Part shown: piece after piece, positions 44,847 to 53,964 of the stretch
How positions within the stretch are numbered: position 1 is the first letter of the stretch
How the letters are laid out: each line of letters opens with the position of its first letter
Notes under the pieces: generated by a model
Seen by the model: the letters and a program-made list of their open reading frames with translations, nothing else
Told to the model about the DNA's origin: nothing
The model's database searches: none
Source: an uncultured Thermoleophilaceae bacterium
Lineage (GTDB): Bacteria > Actinomycetota > Thermoleophilia > Solirubrobacterales > Thermoleophilaceae
Length of the DNA: 64,000 bases
Assembly (NCBI GenBank): GCA_963821275.1
Contig: CAWGDF010000012.1
Span: forward strand, 34,271-98,270
Reading direction: 5' to 3'
Made by a program: the position numbers and the translations under genes

Positions 44847-45845
44847 CTAGTGAGCGCGGCGGCGGCGCTGGTGACCGCGCCGGTAGAGCGTCGCCCGAAG
44901 ACGAGCCAGAGCAGCGCGGCCCCGGCGCCCCGCCGTCAGGCCGGCGAGGATCGCGGGGAAACGACGATCGAGAGCGGCGGCCCGCGGCTGCGTTCTCAGG
45001 GCGGCCCGGAGCGCCGCGCGCGCGGCGGGTGCGTCGTCCGCCTGAAGCCGGTCGAGTGCCAACGACAGGCGCAACCCAGCGCGCCGTTCGCGGCGCTCGG
45101 ACTCGCTCAACCGCAGGTCGGGAGCGAGCTCGCGCGCGAGGGCATCGCCGTGCTCAAACAGGGCCGCAAAGTCCTCCGCCTGGCCGGGGAGACCTGACAT
45201 CTGGGCGTCGTGAGCGCGGTACTCGGCGTCGGTCTCGTCGACACAGCCCACCGGGAACCGCAGGACGAGGCGCAGCCAGAGCTCCCAGTCGAAGAGGCGC
45301 GGGAACGCAGCGTCGAGCCGTGCGCCGGCGGCTTCGAGCGCCTCGCGGCGCACCACGACGCTGTGCATCACGTCGATGACGCTGCGCCGCAGGAGGTCGG
45401 GGACGATGCGCTCACGCGGCACCACCCCCTCCGGATAGGGAGCCGGGGCACGCGCGGTCACCTCCCCCCTCTCGTTGATGTCCACGTGCCCCGAGAACAC
45501 GAGGGCGCACTCGGGATGCTCCTCCAGGAACGACAGCCTCCGCTCGAGGAAGCGCGGCCCCCAACGGTCGTCGTCGTGCAGCAGGGCGAAGTAGGGGGCC
45601 GAGGCGGCCTGCATCAGGGTGGTCATAGCTTGGGTCGCGGTCATCGGCTCGGCCCGGCGGTGTTCGAGTCGGGCGTCGTCGCGAAACGCCCGCAGCGCAT
45701 CGCCGATGGCGTCGTCCCGCGAGTCGTCGAGCACGATCAAGCGCAGCTCACGGGTCGTCTGGCCCAACACGGATTCCACCGCCTCGGCCAGGAAGAGCGG
45801 CTGGCCGTGCGCGGGCATCCCGATGTCCACGAGCGGCGCGTCCAC
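44847..45845 (-). CDS. glycosyltransferase family 2
   Basis: VDIGMPAHGQPLFLAEAVESVLGQTTRELRLIVLDDS...ALLHDDD is the GT-A fold with a DxD motif. Confidence 0.85.
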   Translation of the reverse strand: MDAPLVDIGMPAHGQPLFLAEAVESVLGQTTRELRLIVLDDSRDDAIGDALRAFRDDARLEHRRAEPMTATQAMTTLMQAASAPYFALLHDDDRWGPRFLERRLSFLEEHPECALVFSGHVDINERGEVTARAPAPYPEGVVPRERIVPDLLRRSVIDVMHSVVVRREALEAAGARLDAAFPRLFDWELWLRLVLRFPVGCVDETDAEYRAHDAQMSGLPGQAEDFAALFEHGDALARELAPDLRLSESERRERRAGLRLSLALDRLQADDAPAARAALRAALRTQPRAAALDRRFPAILAGLTAGRRGRAALARLRATLYRRGHQRRRRAH

Positions 45846-45944
45846 CCCGCTGGCGTCAGCCGGCCGCGGCGATGCGCCGGTTGAGGGCGTCCACGCGCGT
45901 CATCACAGGGTGGGAAGCGTATCCGCCCTCAGCCACCGCGCCGG

Positions 45945-46817
45945 TCAGGTGCTCACAACCGTGAGCAGGAGCCGCTCGAGCCATTCCGGACCCTCGTCCT
46001 CGACCCACAGGCGGGGCAGCTCGAAGCGGTCGGTCAGGCGGGTGACAGGCCCCGGAGCCGTGCCCGCGCCCAGCTCGTACCCGGCCCGGCGCACGGCGCG
46101 CCGCGCGGCCGCGCCGTGGTCGCCGAAGGGGTAGGCGAAGGTGCCCGGCGGGGAGCCGAGCCAGTCGGCGAGATCTGCACGACTTCCCTCCACCTCCTCG
46201 CGCAGCGTGTCCGGGCTCTGGGCCGCCAGCCCCACGTGAGCGCGGGTGTGGGCGCCCACGTCGATCAGCGGACTGGCCGCGAAGCGTCGGAGCTCATCCG
46301 CCGTCAGGGGCCGTGTCGCTCCGGTATCGACCGGCCCGGCGACGCCGGCCTCGGCTCGCACCTTCGCCAGCTCCGCCATCAGCGTGCCGGGGTCCGAACG
46401 CCGCAGCGTGTCTTGGAGGTCGAAACGCCCCACCGCCTCCAGCTCGTCCCACCAGTAGGGTCGCCCGTCGCGGATGAAGCTCGTGGCCGCGAACAGCGTC
46501 GCGGGGAGCTCCGCGGCCGTCAACGCCGGCAGGGCGGCGGTGAGGTTGTCCACGTAGCCGTCGTCGAAGCTGATGGCCACGGCGCGCGGGGGCAGCGCGC
46601 TCCGGCGCGCCGCCTGAGCGAGCTCCGACAGCCGCAGCACCCGGAACTCGGCCGCGAGCAGCCCCAGCTGCGCGGCGAAGCGCTCGGGACGTACCCGCAT
46701 CCGCCAGCGGTCCGGATCGTCCTCGGCGGCCACGCGGTGATAGAGCAGGATGGCGCCCCGCGGGGAGGCGCGCCGGGCCAGGTAGCGCCGGCCCACCGCC
46801 AGCGATCGGGCGATCAC
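45945..46817 (-). CDS. polysaccharide deacetylase (CE4 / NodB homology)
   Basis: VAISFDDGYVDN is the NodB motif 1. Also present are GAHTRAH and FAYPFGD. Confidence 0.85.
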   Translation of the reverse strand: MIARSLAVGRRYLARRASPRGAILLYHRVAAEDDPDRWRMRVRPERFAAQLGLLAAEFRVLRLSELAQAARRSALPPRAVAISFDDGYVDNLTAALPALTAAELPATLFAATSFIRDGRPYWWDELEAVGRFDLQDTLRRSDPGTLMAELAKVRAEAGVAGPVDTGATRPLTADELRRFAASPLIDVGAHTRAHVGLAAQSPDTLREEVEGSRADLADWLGSPPGTFAYPFGDHGAAARRAVRRAGYELGAGTAPGPVTRLTDRFELPRLWVEDEGPEWLERLLLTVVST

Positions 46818-46966
46818 GCCAGTTGAGCGGGTGTCAGCCGGTGGCTGTCCTCCTCCACCTGCGAGGCATCTCGAGACTCGAAGAAGAGAATCAGAAGCAC
46901 CACCAGCACCAGTGACACCGCCAGCACCGCGAGCCAGTACAGGACCTTGAGAAGGGTGCGAATCAC
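46814..46966 (-). CDS. putative 50-aa single-pass membrane micro-protein coupled to the deacetylase
   Basis: Not in the ORF track (below 60 aa). Hand translation from the GTG at 46966 gives VIRTLLKVLYWLAVLAVSLVLVVLLILFFESRDASQVEEDSHRLTPAQLA*. Its TGA overlaps the deacetylase GTG as GTGA. Confidence 0.45.
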   Translation of the reverse strand: MIRTLLKVLYWLAVLAVSLVLVVLLILFFESRDASQVEEDSHRLTPAQLA

Positions 46967-47013
46967 CGCGCAGGCAGCATACGGACCGGCGCCGAGCCTA
47001 AGATGACGGGCCT

Positions 47014-47751
47014 ATGGGCACCCGGGCGGTGATACTTGCCGGCGGCAAAGGGTCGCGACTCGGGCCCTACACCACCGTCCTCCCCAAGCCGCTGCTGCCG
47101 GTCGGCGATCGCGCCATTCTCGACGTTGTGGTCCGCCAGCTGCGCAGCTACGGCTTTCACGATCTCACGCTCGCCGTGGGCTACCTCTCACATCTGGTGC
47201 GCGCGGTCATGGGCGACGGTACACGCCACGGCGTGACGATCCGCTACCACGAGGAGGAGGAGCCGCTGGGCACTGTCGGGCCGCTCGCGACGATCGAGGG
47301 GCTCGACAGCACCTTCCTGATGATGAACGGCGACGTGCTCACGTCGCTCGACTACGGCCAGCTCCTGGACATGCACAAGGAGGCCGGCAACGTCCTGACC
47401 GTGGCCTCCCACCGGCGCACCGTCAAGATCGACTACGGCGTGCTGCATCTCGGCGAGGCGCGGAGCGAGACTCAGAGGATCGTCGACTTCGAGGAGAAGC
47501 CCGAGCTCGGTTATGTGGTCAGCATGGGCGTCTACGTGCTCGAGCCTCGCGCGGTGGAGTACGTGCCGGAGGGCGAGTACATGGACCTGCCCAACTTGGT
47601 GCTCAAGCTCGTCGAGGCGGGCGAACCGGTGGGCTCGCACGTGTTCGACGGCTACTGGCTCGACATCGGCCGCCACGAGGACTACGAGCAGGCCATCCTG
47701 CAGTTTGAGGAGCTGCGTCCGATGCTGATGCGGGAGACCACGGAAGCGTGA
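47014..47751 (+). CDS. sugar-1-phosphate nucleotidylyltransferase
   Basis: AVILAGGKGSRLGPYTTVLPKPLLPV is the NTP-transferase signature G-x-G-x-R-L...K. The protein is 245 aa. Confidence 0.9.
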   Translation: MGTRAVILAGGKGSRLGPYTTVLPKPLLPVGDRAILDVVVRQLRSYGFHDLTLAVGYLSHLVRAVMGDGTRHGVTIRYHEEEEPLGTVGPLATIEGLDSTFLMMNGDVLTSLDYGQLLDMHKEAGNVLTVASHRRTVKIDYGVLHLGEARSETQRIVDFEEKPELGYVVSMGVYVLEPRAVEYVPEGEYMDLPNLVLKLVEAGEPVGSHVFDGYWLDIGRHEDYEQAILQFEELRPMLMRETTEA

Positions 47752-48713
47752 CCGTCCTCGTAACCGGCGGGGCGGGCTACGTGGGTGCGCTCGTGGTCTC
47801 CGAGCTGCTTGCCGCGGGCCGGCAGGTAAGAGTGCTCGACTCGCTGCTCCACGGGCAGGACGCGGTGGCCCGCGAGGTGGAGGCCGGGGGGGAGCTGATC
47901 CGCGGCGACGTGCGCGACGGCGAGCTCCGCGCTCGTGCCGTGGAGGGCGCCGAGGCCGTCGTTCACCTGGCCGCCATAGTCGGTGACCCGGCCTGCGGCC
48001 GGGACCCGGAGCTCTCGCAAGCCGTGAACGTGGAGGGAAGCCGAGGGCTGGTCGACGCCGCGGTGGGCGCAGGTGTCGAACGCTTCGTGTTCGCCTCCAC
48101 CTGCTCGAACTACGGCCGTATGGCCGACCCGACCGTTCCGATCGACGAGACCGCAGAGCTCGCGCCCGTCTCGCTCTATGCGGAGCAGAAGGTGCAGATC
48201 GAGAGGATGCTGCTCGAGGGGAATCACGACGGCCTCCGGCCCACCTGCCTGCGCTTCGCCACCGTGTACGGCGTCGGCCCTCGCATGCGTTTCGACCTGA
48301 CCGTCAACGAGTTCACCCGGGACCTCTGGGCCGGTCGCGAGCTCGAGGTCTTCGGCGAGCAGTTCTGGCGCCCCTACGTCCACGTGGCCGACGCGGCGCG
48401 GGCCGTGCGCACGGTCCTCGAGGCCCCGTCCGAAAAGGTCGCCGGAGAGGTGTTCAACGCCGGTCACTCCGACGAGAACTACCGAAAGCTGGACCTCGTC
48501 GAGTTGATCACTGCGCGGCTGGGCCGGGGCGAGGTGAGCTACGTCCATCGCGACGAGGACCCACGCGACTACAAGGTGTCTTTCGAGAAGATCCGCTCTC
48601 AGCTCGGCTTCGAGCCCCGCTACCGGGTGCCCGACGGGATCGACGAGCTCATCGGTGCCCTCGACGAGCAGCGCTTCGGCGACCCCTTTGACGGCCGCTT
48701 CTCCAACATCTAG
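47748..48713 (+). CDS. NAD-dependent NDP-sugar epimerase/dehydratase (extended SDR)
   Basis: VLVTGGAGYVG, ASTCSNYG and the LYAEQK catalytic YxxxK. The GTG overlaps the upstream stop (GTGA). Confidence 0.9.
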   Translation: MTVLVTGGAGYVGALVVSELLAAGRQVRVLDSLLHGQDAVAREVEAGGELIRGDVRDGELRARAVEGAEAVVHLAAIVGDPACGRDPELSQAVNVEGSRGLVDAAVGAGVERFVFASTCSNYGRMADPTVPIDETAELAPVSLYAEQKVQIERMLLEGNHDGLRPTCLRFATVYGVGPRMRFDLTVNEFTRDLWAGRELEVFGEQFWRPYVHVADAARAVRTVLEAPSEKVAGEVFNAGHSDENYRKLDLVELITARLGRGEVSYVHRDEDPRDYKVSFEKIRSQLGFEPRYRVPDGIDELIGALDEQRFGDPFDGRFSNI

Positions 48714-48719
48714 CGGTCG

Positions 48720-49889
48720 ATGAGCGACACGCTCGTCCCCCTGTTCGACGTTCGGCTCGGGGAGCGCCAGGTGGAGGCGGTGGCGGACACACTGCGTTCC
48801 GGCTGGCTGACCCTGGGGCCGCGGACCAAGGAGTTCGAGGAGGCCTTCGGCGGCATGCTTGGCGCACGCCATGCCGTTGCGGTCTCCAGCTGCACCGCAG
48901 CGCTTCATCTCGCGTACCTGGCCGCCGGCGTGGGCGACGGCGACGAGGTGATCGTCCCCGACATCACCTTTGTGGCCACGGCTGCAGGAGTTCGTTATTG
49001 CGGCGGCGTGCCGGTGCCGGCCGACATCGCCGGCCCCCACGATCTGGGTCTCTCCGTGGAGAGCGTCGAGAGCCTCATCACCGCCCGCACCAAGGCCGTC
49101 TGCGCGGTGCACTACGCGGGCTATGCGGCCGACGTCGAGAGCCTGCGCACCCTCTGCGAGGACCGCGGCCTCGCCCTCATCGAGGACGCCGCGCACAGTC
49201 CGAGCGCCACGCCTGTGGGTGGCGGACCGAAGCTCGGCACCTGGGGCCTGGCGGGATGCTTCAGTTTCTTCTCCAACAAGGTCATCTCGTGCGGCGAGGG
49301 GGGCCTCCTGGCCACCGACGACGATCGTGTGGCCGAGCTCGCCCGCAGCGTGCGTTCCCACGCGATGACGTCCGGTACCTGGGACCGGCACCGGGGGCAC
49401 TCGGCGGGCTACGACGTGACCGGACTGGGCTACAACTACCGCCTCGACGAGCCCCGCGCCGCCCTGCTGCTGGCCCGCCTGCCGGATCTCGAAGCGGACA
49501 TCGCGAACCGTCGTGTGCGCGTGCACCGCTACCGCTCGCTCCTGTCGGGCTTGGCCGGCGTGACGGCGCCCTACACCGACGAGGAGGTCGACTGCTCGTC
49601 CTGCTACGTCATGCCGGTGATGCTGGACCAGCCCGAGCTGCGCGAGGACCTCCGCGCCTTCATGCTCGAGGAGCGTCGCATCCAGACCAGCGTGCTCTAT
49701 CCGGCGGTGCACGAGTTCAGCGCGTACCAGGGAAGCGCCCGCTCCGAGCTGCCGAACAGCCGGCACGCTGCCCGGGCGGAGCTGACGCTCCCGCTCTACC
49801 CCCACCTCACGGAAGGCGATCAGGATCGCGCAGTGGCCGCGCTCGCCGACGGGCTGGCGAAGCTCGGAGCGGCGGCGGGCGCAGGCTGA
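48720..49889 (+). CDS. DegT/DnrJ/EryC1/StrS-family NDP-sugar aminotransferase
   Basis: AVSSCTAALHLA, VIVPDITFVATA, LIEDAAHS and the FSFFSNK PLP lysine. Confidence 0.9.
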   Translation: MSDTLVPLFDVRLGERQVEAVADTLRSGWLTLGPRTKEFEEAFGGMLGARHAVAVSSCTAALHLAYLAAGVGDGDEVIVPDITFVATAAGVRYCGGVPVPADIAGPHDLGLSVESVESLITARTKAVCAVHYAGYAADVESLRTLCEDRGLALIEDAAHSPSATPVGGGPKLGTWGLAGCFSFFSNKVISCGEGGLLATDDDRVAELARSVRSHAMTSGTWDRHRGHSAGYDVTGLGYNYRLDEPRAALLLARLPDLEADIANRRVRVHRYRSLLSGLAGVTAPYTDEEVDCSSCYVMPVMLDQPELREDLRAFMLEERRIQTSVLYPAVHEFSAYQGSARSELPNSRHAARAELTLPLYPHLTEGDQDRAVAALADGLAKLGAAAGAG

Positions 49890-49892
49890 GCC

Positions 49893-51887
49893 ATGTCCGG
49901 CGCCGACCTGCGCGCGAGTCCCGCGGCCCTGCCGTGCCTGCTCGCAGCGGTCGCCCTGCTGGTTCTGGTGGCGGCCGAGGGCGGCTTCCAGCCGGCGGCC
50001 TGGTACGGGGCGGCAGTGCTCGTCCTGGCGCTTCTCGCCGTATGCCTGATCGCGCTGCCGCTGCCACGGCCCGGCTGGCCCGCATTCGCGGCCGCAGGGC
50101 TGGCCTTCGCCTACGCGGCCTGGAGCTGGCTGTCGGTGAGCTGGGCCGACGATCAGGGGGCTGCCGTCGAGGGCGCGAACCGCGCCCTCTTCTACGCCCT
50201 GGTGTTCGCGCTGTTCGCGCTGTGGCCGCTGCACGCGAAGCCCGCCATGGCGCTCATCGGCCTCCTCACCCTGGGCATCGCCGCGATCGGCCTGGTGGAG
50301 CTGCTCCGGGTGGGGTCAGCCCAGGATCCCGTCTCCTTCTTCTTCCGCGGGCGCCTCTCGGAGCCCGTCGGCTACGCGAACGCAAATGTGGCGCTCTGGG
50401 CCATGGGAATGTGGAGCGCGATCGTGCTCGCCGGGAGGCGCGAGCAGCATCCGGCGCTGTCGGGTCTGTTCCTGGGGTCGGCCGGGGTGTTGTCCGGCCT
50501 CTCGCTGCTCGGTCAGAGCCGGGGGTGGCTGCTGGCGCTCCCGGCGGTCGCGGTGGTGGCGGTGGCGATCACACCGGGGCGAGGCCGCGTGCTCGTGGCC
50601 CTGGCGGCCGTGGCGCTGGGCGTGCTCGCCATGGCATCGCCGGTGCTTTCGGTCTACGACGACGCGCCCGACGTCGCCGTCGCCACGAGCTTCCCCGCCG
50701 CCCAGCGGGCGATCCTGATCGTGTCGGCGGTCCTGGTCGTGGTCGGTGCGCTGGCGGCGCTGGTCGACCGGCGGGTGGACATGCCGGCCGACAGCCGGCG
50801 CCGGGTGAGCGCAGGGATCGTCGCCTTGGCGGTGCTCTGCTGCGTCGCGGCCGTTGGCGCCTATGCCGTCGTCAAGGGCAGTCCCTTCGACCGCGTCTCG
50901 CAGGCCTGGGCCGACTTCAAGGAGGGCGGGTCGGCCGGCGCGGGCGAAGGCTCCCGGCTGAGCGACGTGGCCACCAACCGCTACGACTTCTGGAGGGTGG
51001 CCTGGGACAACTTCGAGGCGCATCCGTTGATCGGGGTTGGGGCCGACAACTTCCAGGAGGACTACCTCAGACGCGGCACGAGCGCGGAATCGCCGCGGCA
51101 TCCGCACTCGCTCGAGCTCAAGGTGCTGTCCCAAACTGGACTCGTGGGCGCGCTGATGCTGCTGGGGGTGTTCGCGGCCGCCGGGCTGGCGGCGTCCCCC
51201 GCGCTCTGGCGCGGCCCGCCGTCCGCCGAGAGCGGGCCGGTCGCGGCGGGCGTTGTCGTGTTCGCCTACTTCCTGCTGCACGGATCGGTCGACTGGCTCT
51301 GGGAGTTCGCCGGTCTGGGGGGCGTCGCGTTCGCCTGCCTGGGCATTGCGGTGGCTGCGGCCAAGGGCGGCGAGGCGGTGCCACGATCGGCGGGTGGCTT
51401 GGTGCGGGTGCCGGCACTCGTTGGCGCAGCGGTGGTCGCGCTCGCGCTCGTTCCTGCCTGGTTCTCCGAACGCGGTCAGGAACGCGCTCTCGACGAATGG
51501 CGCCAATCGCCTGCCGACGCCTTCGACCGGCTCGACCGAGCCGCTGCGCTCAACCCGTGGAGCGCGACGCCGGCCGTGATCGCGGGCTCGATCGCCGTGA
51601 CCCTCGGCGACGAGGAGCGCGCCGTCGCCGAGTTTCGGGAAGCTCTCCGGCGCGATCCGCGGAACTCATACGCGCTGCTGATGCTGGGTGCCCTGCTGTC
51701 GCAGCAGGGCAATGAGGCCGCTGCGCGCCGCCTGCTGGCGCGGGCGGTCGAGGCGGCGCCCAACGCCGAGCTGGCCAACGCCGCGCGACGGCGAGTCGCC
51801 CGCGGTCGTCGTCTCGATGCGTCCAGGGTCGCGGCTAGTCTGCGGAGCGCCACCGAGAGGCGTGTGGCGCGCGATTTTCAGGACTGA
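49893..51887 (+). CDS. O-antigen ligase/polymerase family (Wzy_C) membrane protein with C-terminal TPR-like domain
   Basis: Multi-TM N-terminal two-thirds. The Wzy_C-like block reads NRYDFWRVAWDNFEAHPLIGVGADNFQEDY...PRHPHSLELKVLSQTGLVG. The C-terminal helical repeats read AVAEFREALRRDPRNSYALLMLGALLSQQGNEAAARRLLARAVEAAPN. Confidence 0.85.
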   Translation: MSGADLRASPAALPCLLAAVALLVLVAAEGGFQPAAWYGAAVLVLALLAVCLIALPLPRPGWPAFAAAGLAFAYAAWSWLSVSWADDQGAAVEGANRALFYALVFALFALWPLHAKPAMALIGLLTLGIAAIGLVELLRVGSAQDPVSFFFRGRLSEPVGYANANVALWAMGMWSAIVLAGRREQHPALSGLFLGSAGVLSGLSLLGQSRGWLLALPAVAVVAVAITPGRGRVLVALAAVALGVLAMASPVLSVYDDAPDVAVATSFPAAQRAILIVSAVLVVVGALAALVDRRVDMPADSRRRVSAGIVALAVLCCVAAVGAYAVVKGSPFDRVSQAWADFKEGGSAGAGEGSRLSDVATNRYDFWRVAWDNFEAHPLIGVGADNFQEDYLRRGTSAESPRHPHSLELKVLSQTGLVGALMLLGVFAAAGLAASPALWRGPPSAESGPVAAGVVVFAYFLLHGSVDWLWEFAGLGGVAFACLGIAVAAAKGGEAVPRSAGGLVRVPALVGAAVVALALVPAWFSERGQERALDEWRQSPADAFDRLDRAAALNPWSATPAVIAGSIAVTLGDEERAVAEFREALRRDPRNSYALLMLGALLSQQGNEAAARRLLARAVEAAPNAELANAARRRVARGRRLDASRVAASLRSATERRVARDFQD

Positions 51888-52069
51888 GCGGGGCCGTGAT
51901 CTTGGTCACGTTTAGCAAGTATTTAGTGGCGAGTTGCGAAGGACCGTGGTACTTCTGGGGCGAGGTCGGAAGCAGGGCGGAGCAGGAAGTTTCTCGTCGG
52001 CCTCGATCATTCTGAAGAGGTTGCCGTGCATGAGCACGGCGCCTTCACTCGAAAAGGAGCCTTCTGGTC

Positions 52070-52354
52070 ATGAATCGAACCATTCGTATTGTTATTGCCC
52101 TTGCGTGTGTGGTGGTCCTCGCGCTTCCCTCCGCTGCCTTGGCGCAGACGGCGAGCGAAGGCGGGTACGGCGACGACGCAGCGGTGCTCGGACAGGTGCA
52201 GGACCCGAACGGCGGCGGCGGCAACACCGCCTCCGGCGGCAGCCTTCCCTTCACGGGAGCCGAGCTCGGCGTGCTGGCCGGCGCCGGTGCGGCTCTGCTG
52301 CTCGTCGGCTTCGGCCTGCGCCGGATGACGCACAGCCCGCGCGCGGTCTCCTAG
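52070..52354 (+). CDS. 94-aa secreted LPXTG cell-wall-anchor mini-protein
   Basis: AAGGAG lies 10 nt before the ATG. The signal peptide is MNRTIRIVIALACVVVLALPSAALA. The ~37-aa G/S/T/D-rich mature segment is QTASEGGYGDDAAVLGQVQDPNGGGGNTASGGS. This is followed by LPFTG, the hydrophobic helix AELGVLAGAGAALLLVGFGL and the basic tail RRMTH. Confidence 0.8.
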   Translation: MNRTIRIVIALACVVVLALPSAALAQTASEGGYGDDAAVLGQVQDPNGGGGNTASGGSLPFTGAELGVLAGAGAALLLVGFGLRRMTHSPRAVS

Positions 52355-52401
52355 CACCCCCGCCGGCCACCGCCGGCAGGGCCAAAGACCAGAGTAACTC
52401 C

Positions 52402-52427
52402 GGGCCGGGGCGCTAGCGCCCCGGCCC
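52402..52427 (+). terminator. GC-rich 12-bp inverted repeat (GGGCCGGGGCGC-ta-GCGCCCCGGCCC) followed by TTCT
   Basis: Perfect pairing of 52402-52413 with 52416-52427. It lies 47 nt after the mini-protein stop and 6 nt before the flippase GTG. The T-tract is weak. Confidence 0.5.
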
Positions 52428-52433
52428 TTCTAC

Positions 52434-53918
52434 GTGCGCGAACGGCCCCACAACATCGCGCGGAATGCGGCGCTCGCGTTGACCGGGCAGCTGGTCACGG
52501 CCGCCGTGACAGCCGGCCTGACTCTCTACTTGGCGAGGGCGCTCGGCCCCGACGAGTTCGGTGTCTTCTCGCTCGCGCTGGCCATCGCGAGCACCCTGGT
52601 GCTCGTCTCCGACTTCGGTGTCTCTCAGTCGGCGGCCCGCTTCGCGGCCGAGCATCGCGAACAGCCCGACCAGGTCGCGGAGGTGCTCGCCAGCGCGCTC
52701 CGGCTCAAGCTCTGGCTGGCCGGCGGCGTATGCGTGGCCCTCGCGCTGCTGGCGGGGCCGATCGCCGACGCGTACGACCAGCCGACACTGGCCTGGGCGT
52801 TGCGGGCGATGGCGGTTGCGCTCTATGGGCAGAACCTGATGGGCCTTTACGGCGGCGCCTTCGTGGCTCTGGCGAGGGTGGACCTTGACCTCCGCATAGT
52901 GCTGGTCAAGAGCCTGGTCGAGGCGGCGGCGACCATCGCTCTCGTGCTCGCGACGGCGGGTGCAGCCGAAGCGGCGCTCGGGCGGGCCGCAGGTTTCGTG
53001 GTCGGCGGCGCGCTCGCCGTCGCTCTCGGCGCCCGGCTGCTAGGCCGTCAGGCAATTGGCCTCGGCGCCCCGCAGCGCGTGAGCACCCGCCGCATCGCCG
53101 GCTACGCGGGGGCGCTGTTCGTGATCGACGGCGCCTTCGCGCTCTTCCAGCAGATCGATGTGCTGTTGATCGGCGCCATCCTCACCGCCTCGGCCGCGGG
53201 TCTGTTCCAGGCGCCGCTCCGACTGATCACGTTCCTCGGCTATCCCGCCCAGGCGATGGCGAACGGCGTCGCGCCGCACCTCGCGGGTCCTCCGGAGATC
53301 CGGCGGGTCGGCCCCTTCGAAGCCGCGCTTCGTTACACGCTCCTGTTTCAGGTGGCTTTGGTGCCGCCCGTGTTGGTCTGGGCCGATCCGATCGTCGAGC
53401 TGTTGCTGGGCTCCGAGTACACGGAGTCGGCCGGGGTGCTGCGCGCGCTCGCCCCCTATGTGCTCATGCTCGGGGTCGGCACGCTGCTTGCCTACAGCGT
53501 CAATTACGTGGGGGAGGCCCGCCGGCGCGTCCCGGCGGCGATCGCCAGCATCACCGTGAACTTCGTGATCGACCTCGTGCTGATTCCCGAGATCGGGATC
53601 CTGGGCGGAGCGGTGGGCACCGACGTCGCCTTCGGCATCTATACGCTCGCACATCTCTGGATCTGCAAGAGAGTGCTCGACGTGGCGCTGCGACCGCTCG
53701 CCATGACTCTGGTCAGGGGCCTCCTCGCCGCGGCGGCCATGGCGGCCGTGCTGGCGCTGTTCGGAACGGCCGACGTGGGCGTGCCCGCTTTGCTCGGCGG
53801 TGGAGCGCTCGGACTGGTCGTATACGTTGCCGGCCTATTGGCGCTGCGTGAGACGTCGTTTGCCGAGGTGTCTCATCTGGGTGGTCGGGTGGGCACGCTG
53901 CTAGGCCGTCAGGATTGA
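52434..53918 (+). CDS. oligosaccharide/polysaccharide flippase (Wzx, MOP superfamily)
   Basis: The N-terminus NIARNAALALTGQLVTAAVTAGLTLYLARALGPDEFGVFSLALAIASTLVLVSDFGVSQSAARF is typical of Wzx-type flippases. The protein is 494 aa and polytopic. Confidence 0.85.
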   Translation: MRERPHNIARNAALALTGQLVTAAVTAGLTLYLARALGPDEFGVFSLALAIASTLVLVSDFGVSQSAARFAAEHREQPDQVAEVLASALRLKLWLAGGVCVALALLAGPIADAYDQPTLAWALRAMAVALYGQNLMGLYGGAFVALARVDLDLRIVLVKSLVEAAATIALVLATAGAAEAALGRAAGFVVGGALAVALGARLLGRQAIGLGAPQRVSTRRIAGYAGALFVIDGAFALFQQIDVLLIGAILTASAAGLFQAPLRLITFLGYPAQAMANGVAPHLAGPPEIRRVGPFEAALRYTLLFQVALVPPVLVWADPIVELLLGSEYTESAGVLRALAPYVLMLGVGTLLAYSVNYVGEARRRVPAAIASITVNFVIDLVLIPEIGILGGAVGTDVAFGIYTLAHLWICKRVLDVALRPLAMTLVRGLLAAAAMAAVLALFGTADVGVPALLGGGALGLVVYVAGLLALRETSFAEVSHLGGRVGTLLGRQD

Positions 53919-53964
53919 CTCACGCCCATCACGGACGCGGACTCCTTCAGCACGAGCTTGTACG

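Noticed and set aside
45846-45944. 16-codon minus-strand micro-ORF (MTRVDALNRRIAAAG) between the GT2 and deacetylase genes
   Set aside because: It is too short, has no RBS or coupling signal, and has no distinguishing features. It cannot be supported from sequence alone.
47682-51715. 850-aa minus-strand ORF (47682..50234) and 905-aa plus-strand ORF (48998..51715)
   Set aside because: They are shadow ORFs over the epimerase, aminotransferase and Wzy_C genes. They are Arg/Gly/Pro-rich with no motifs.
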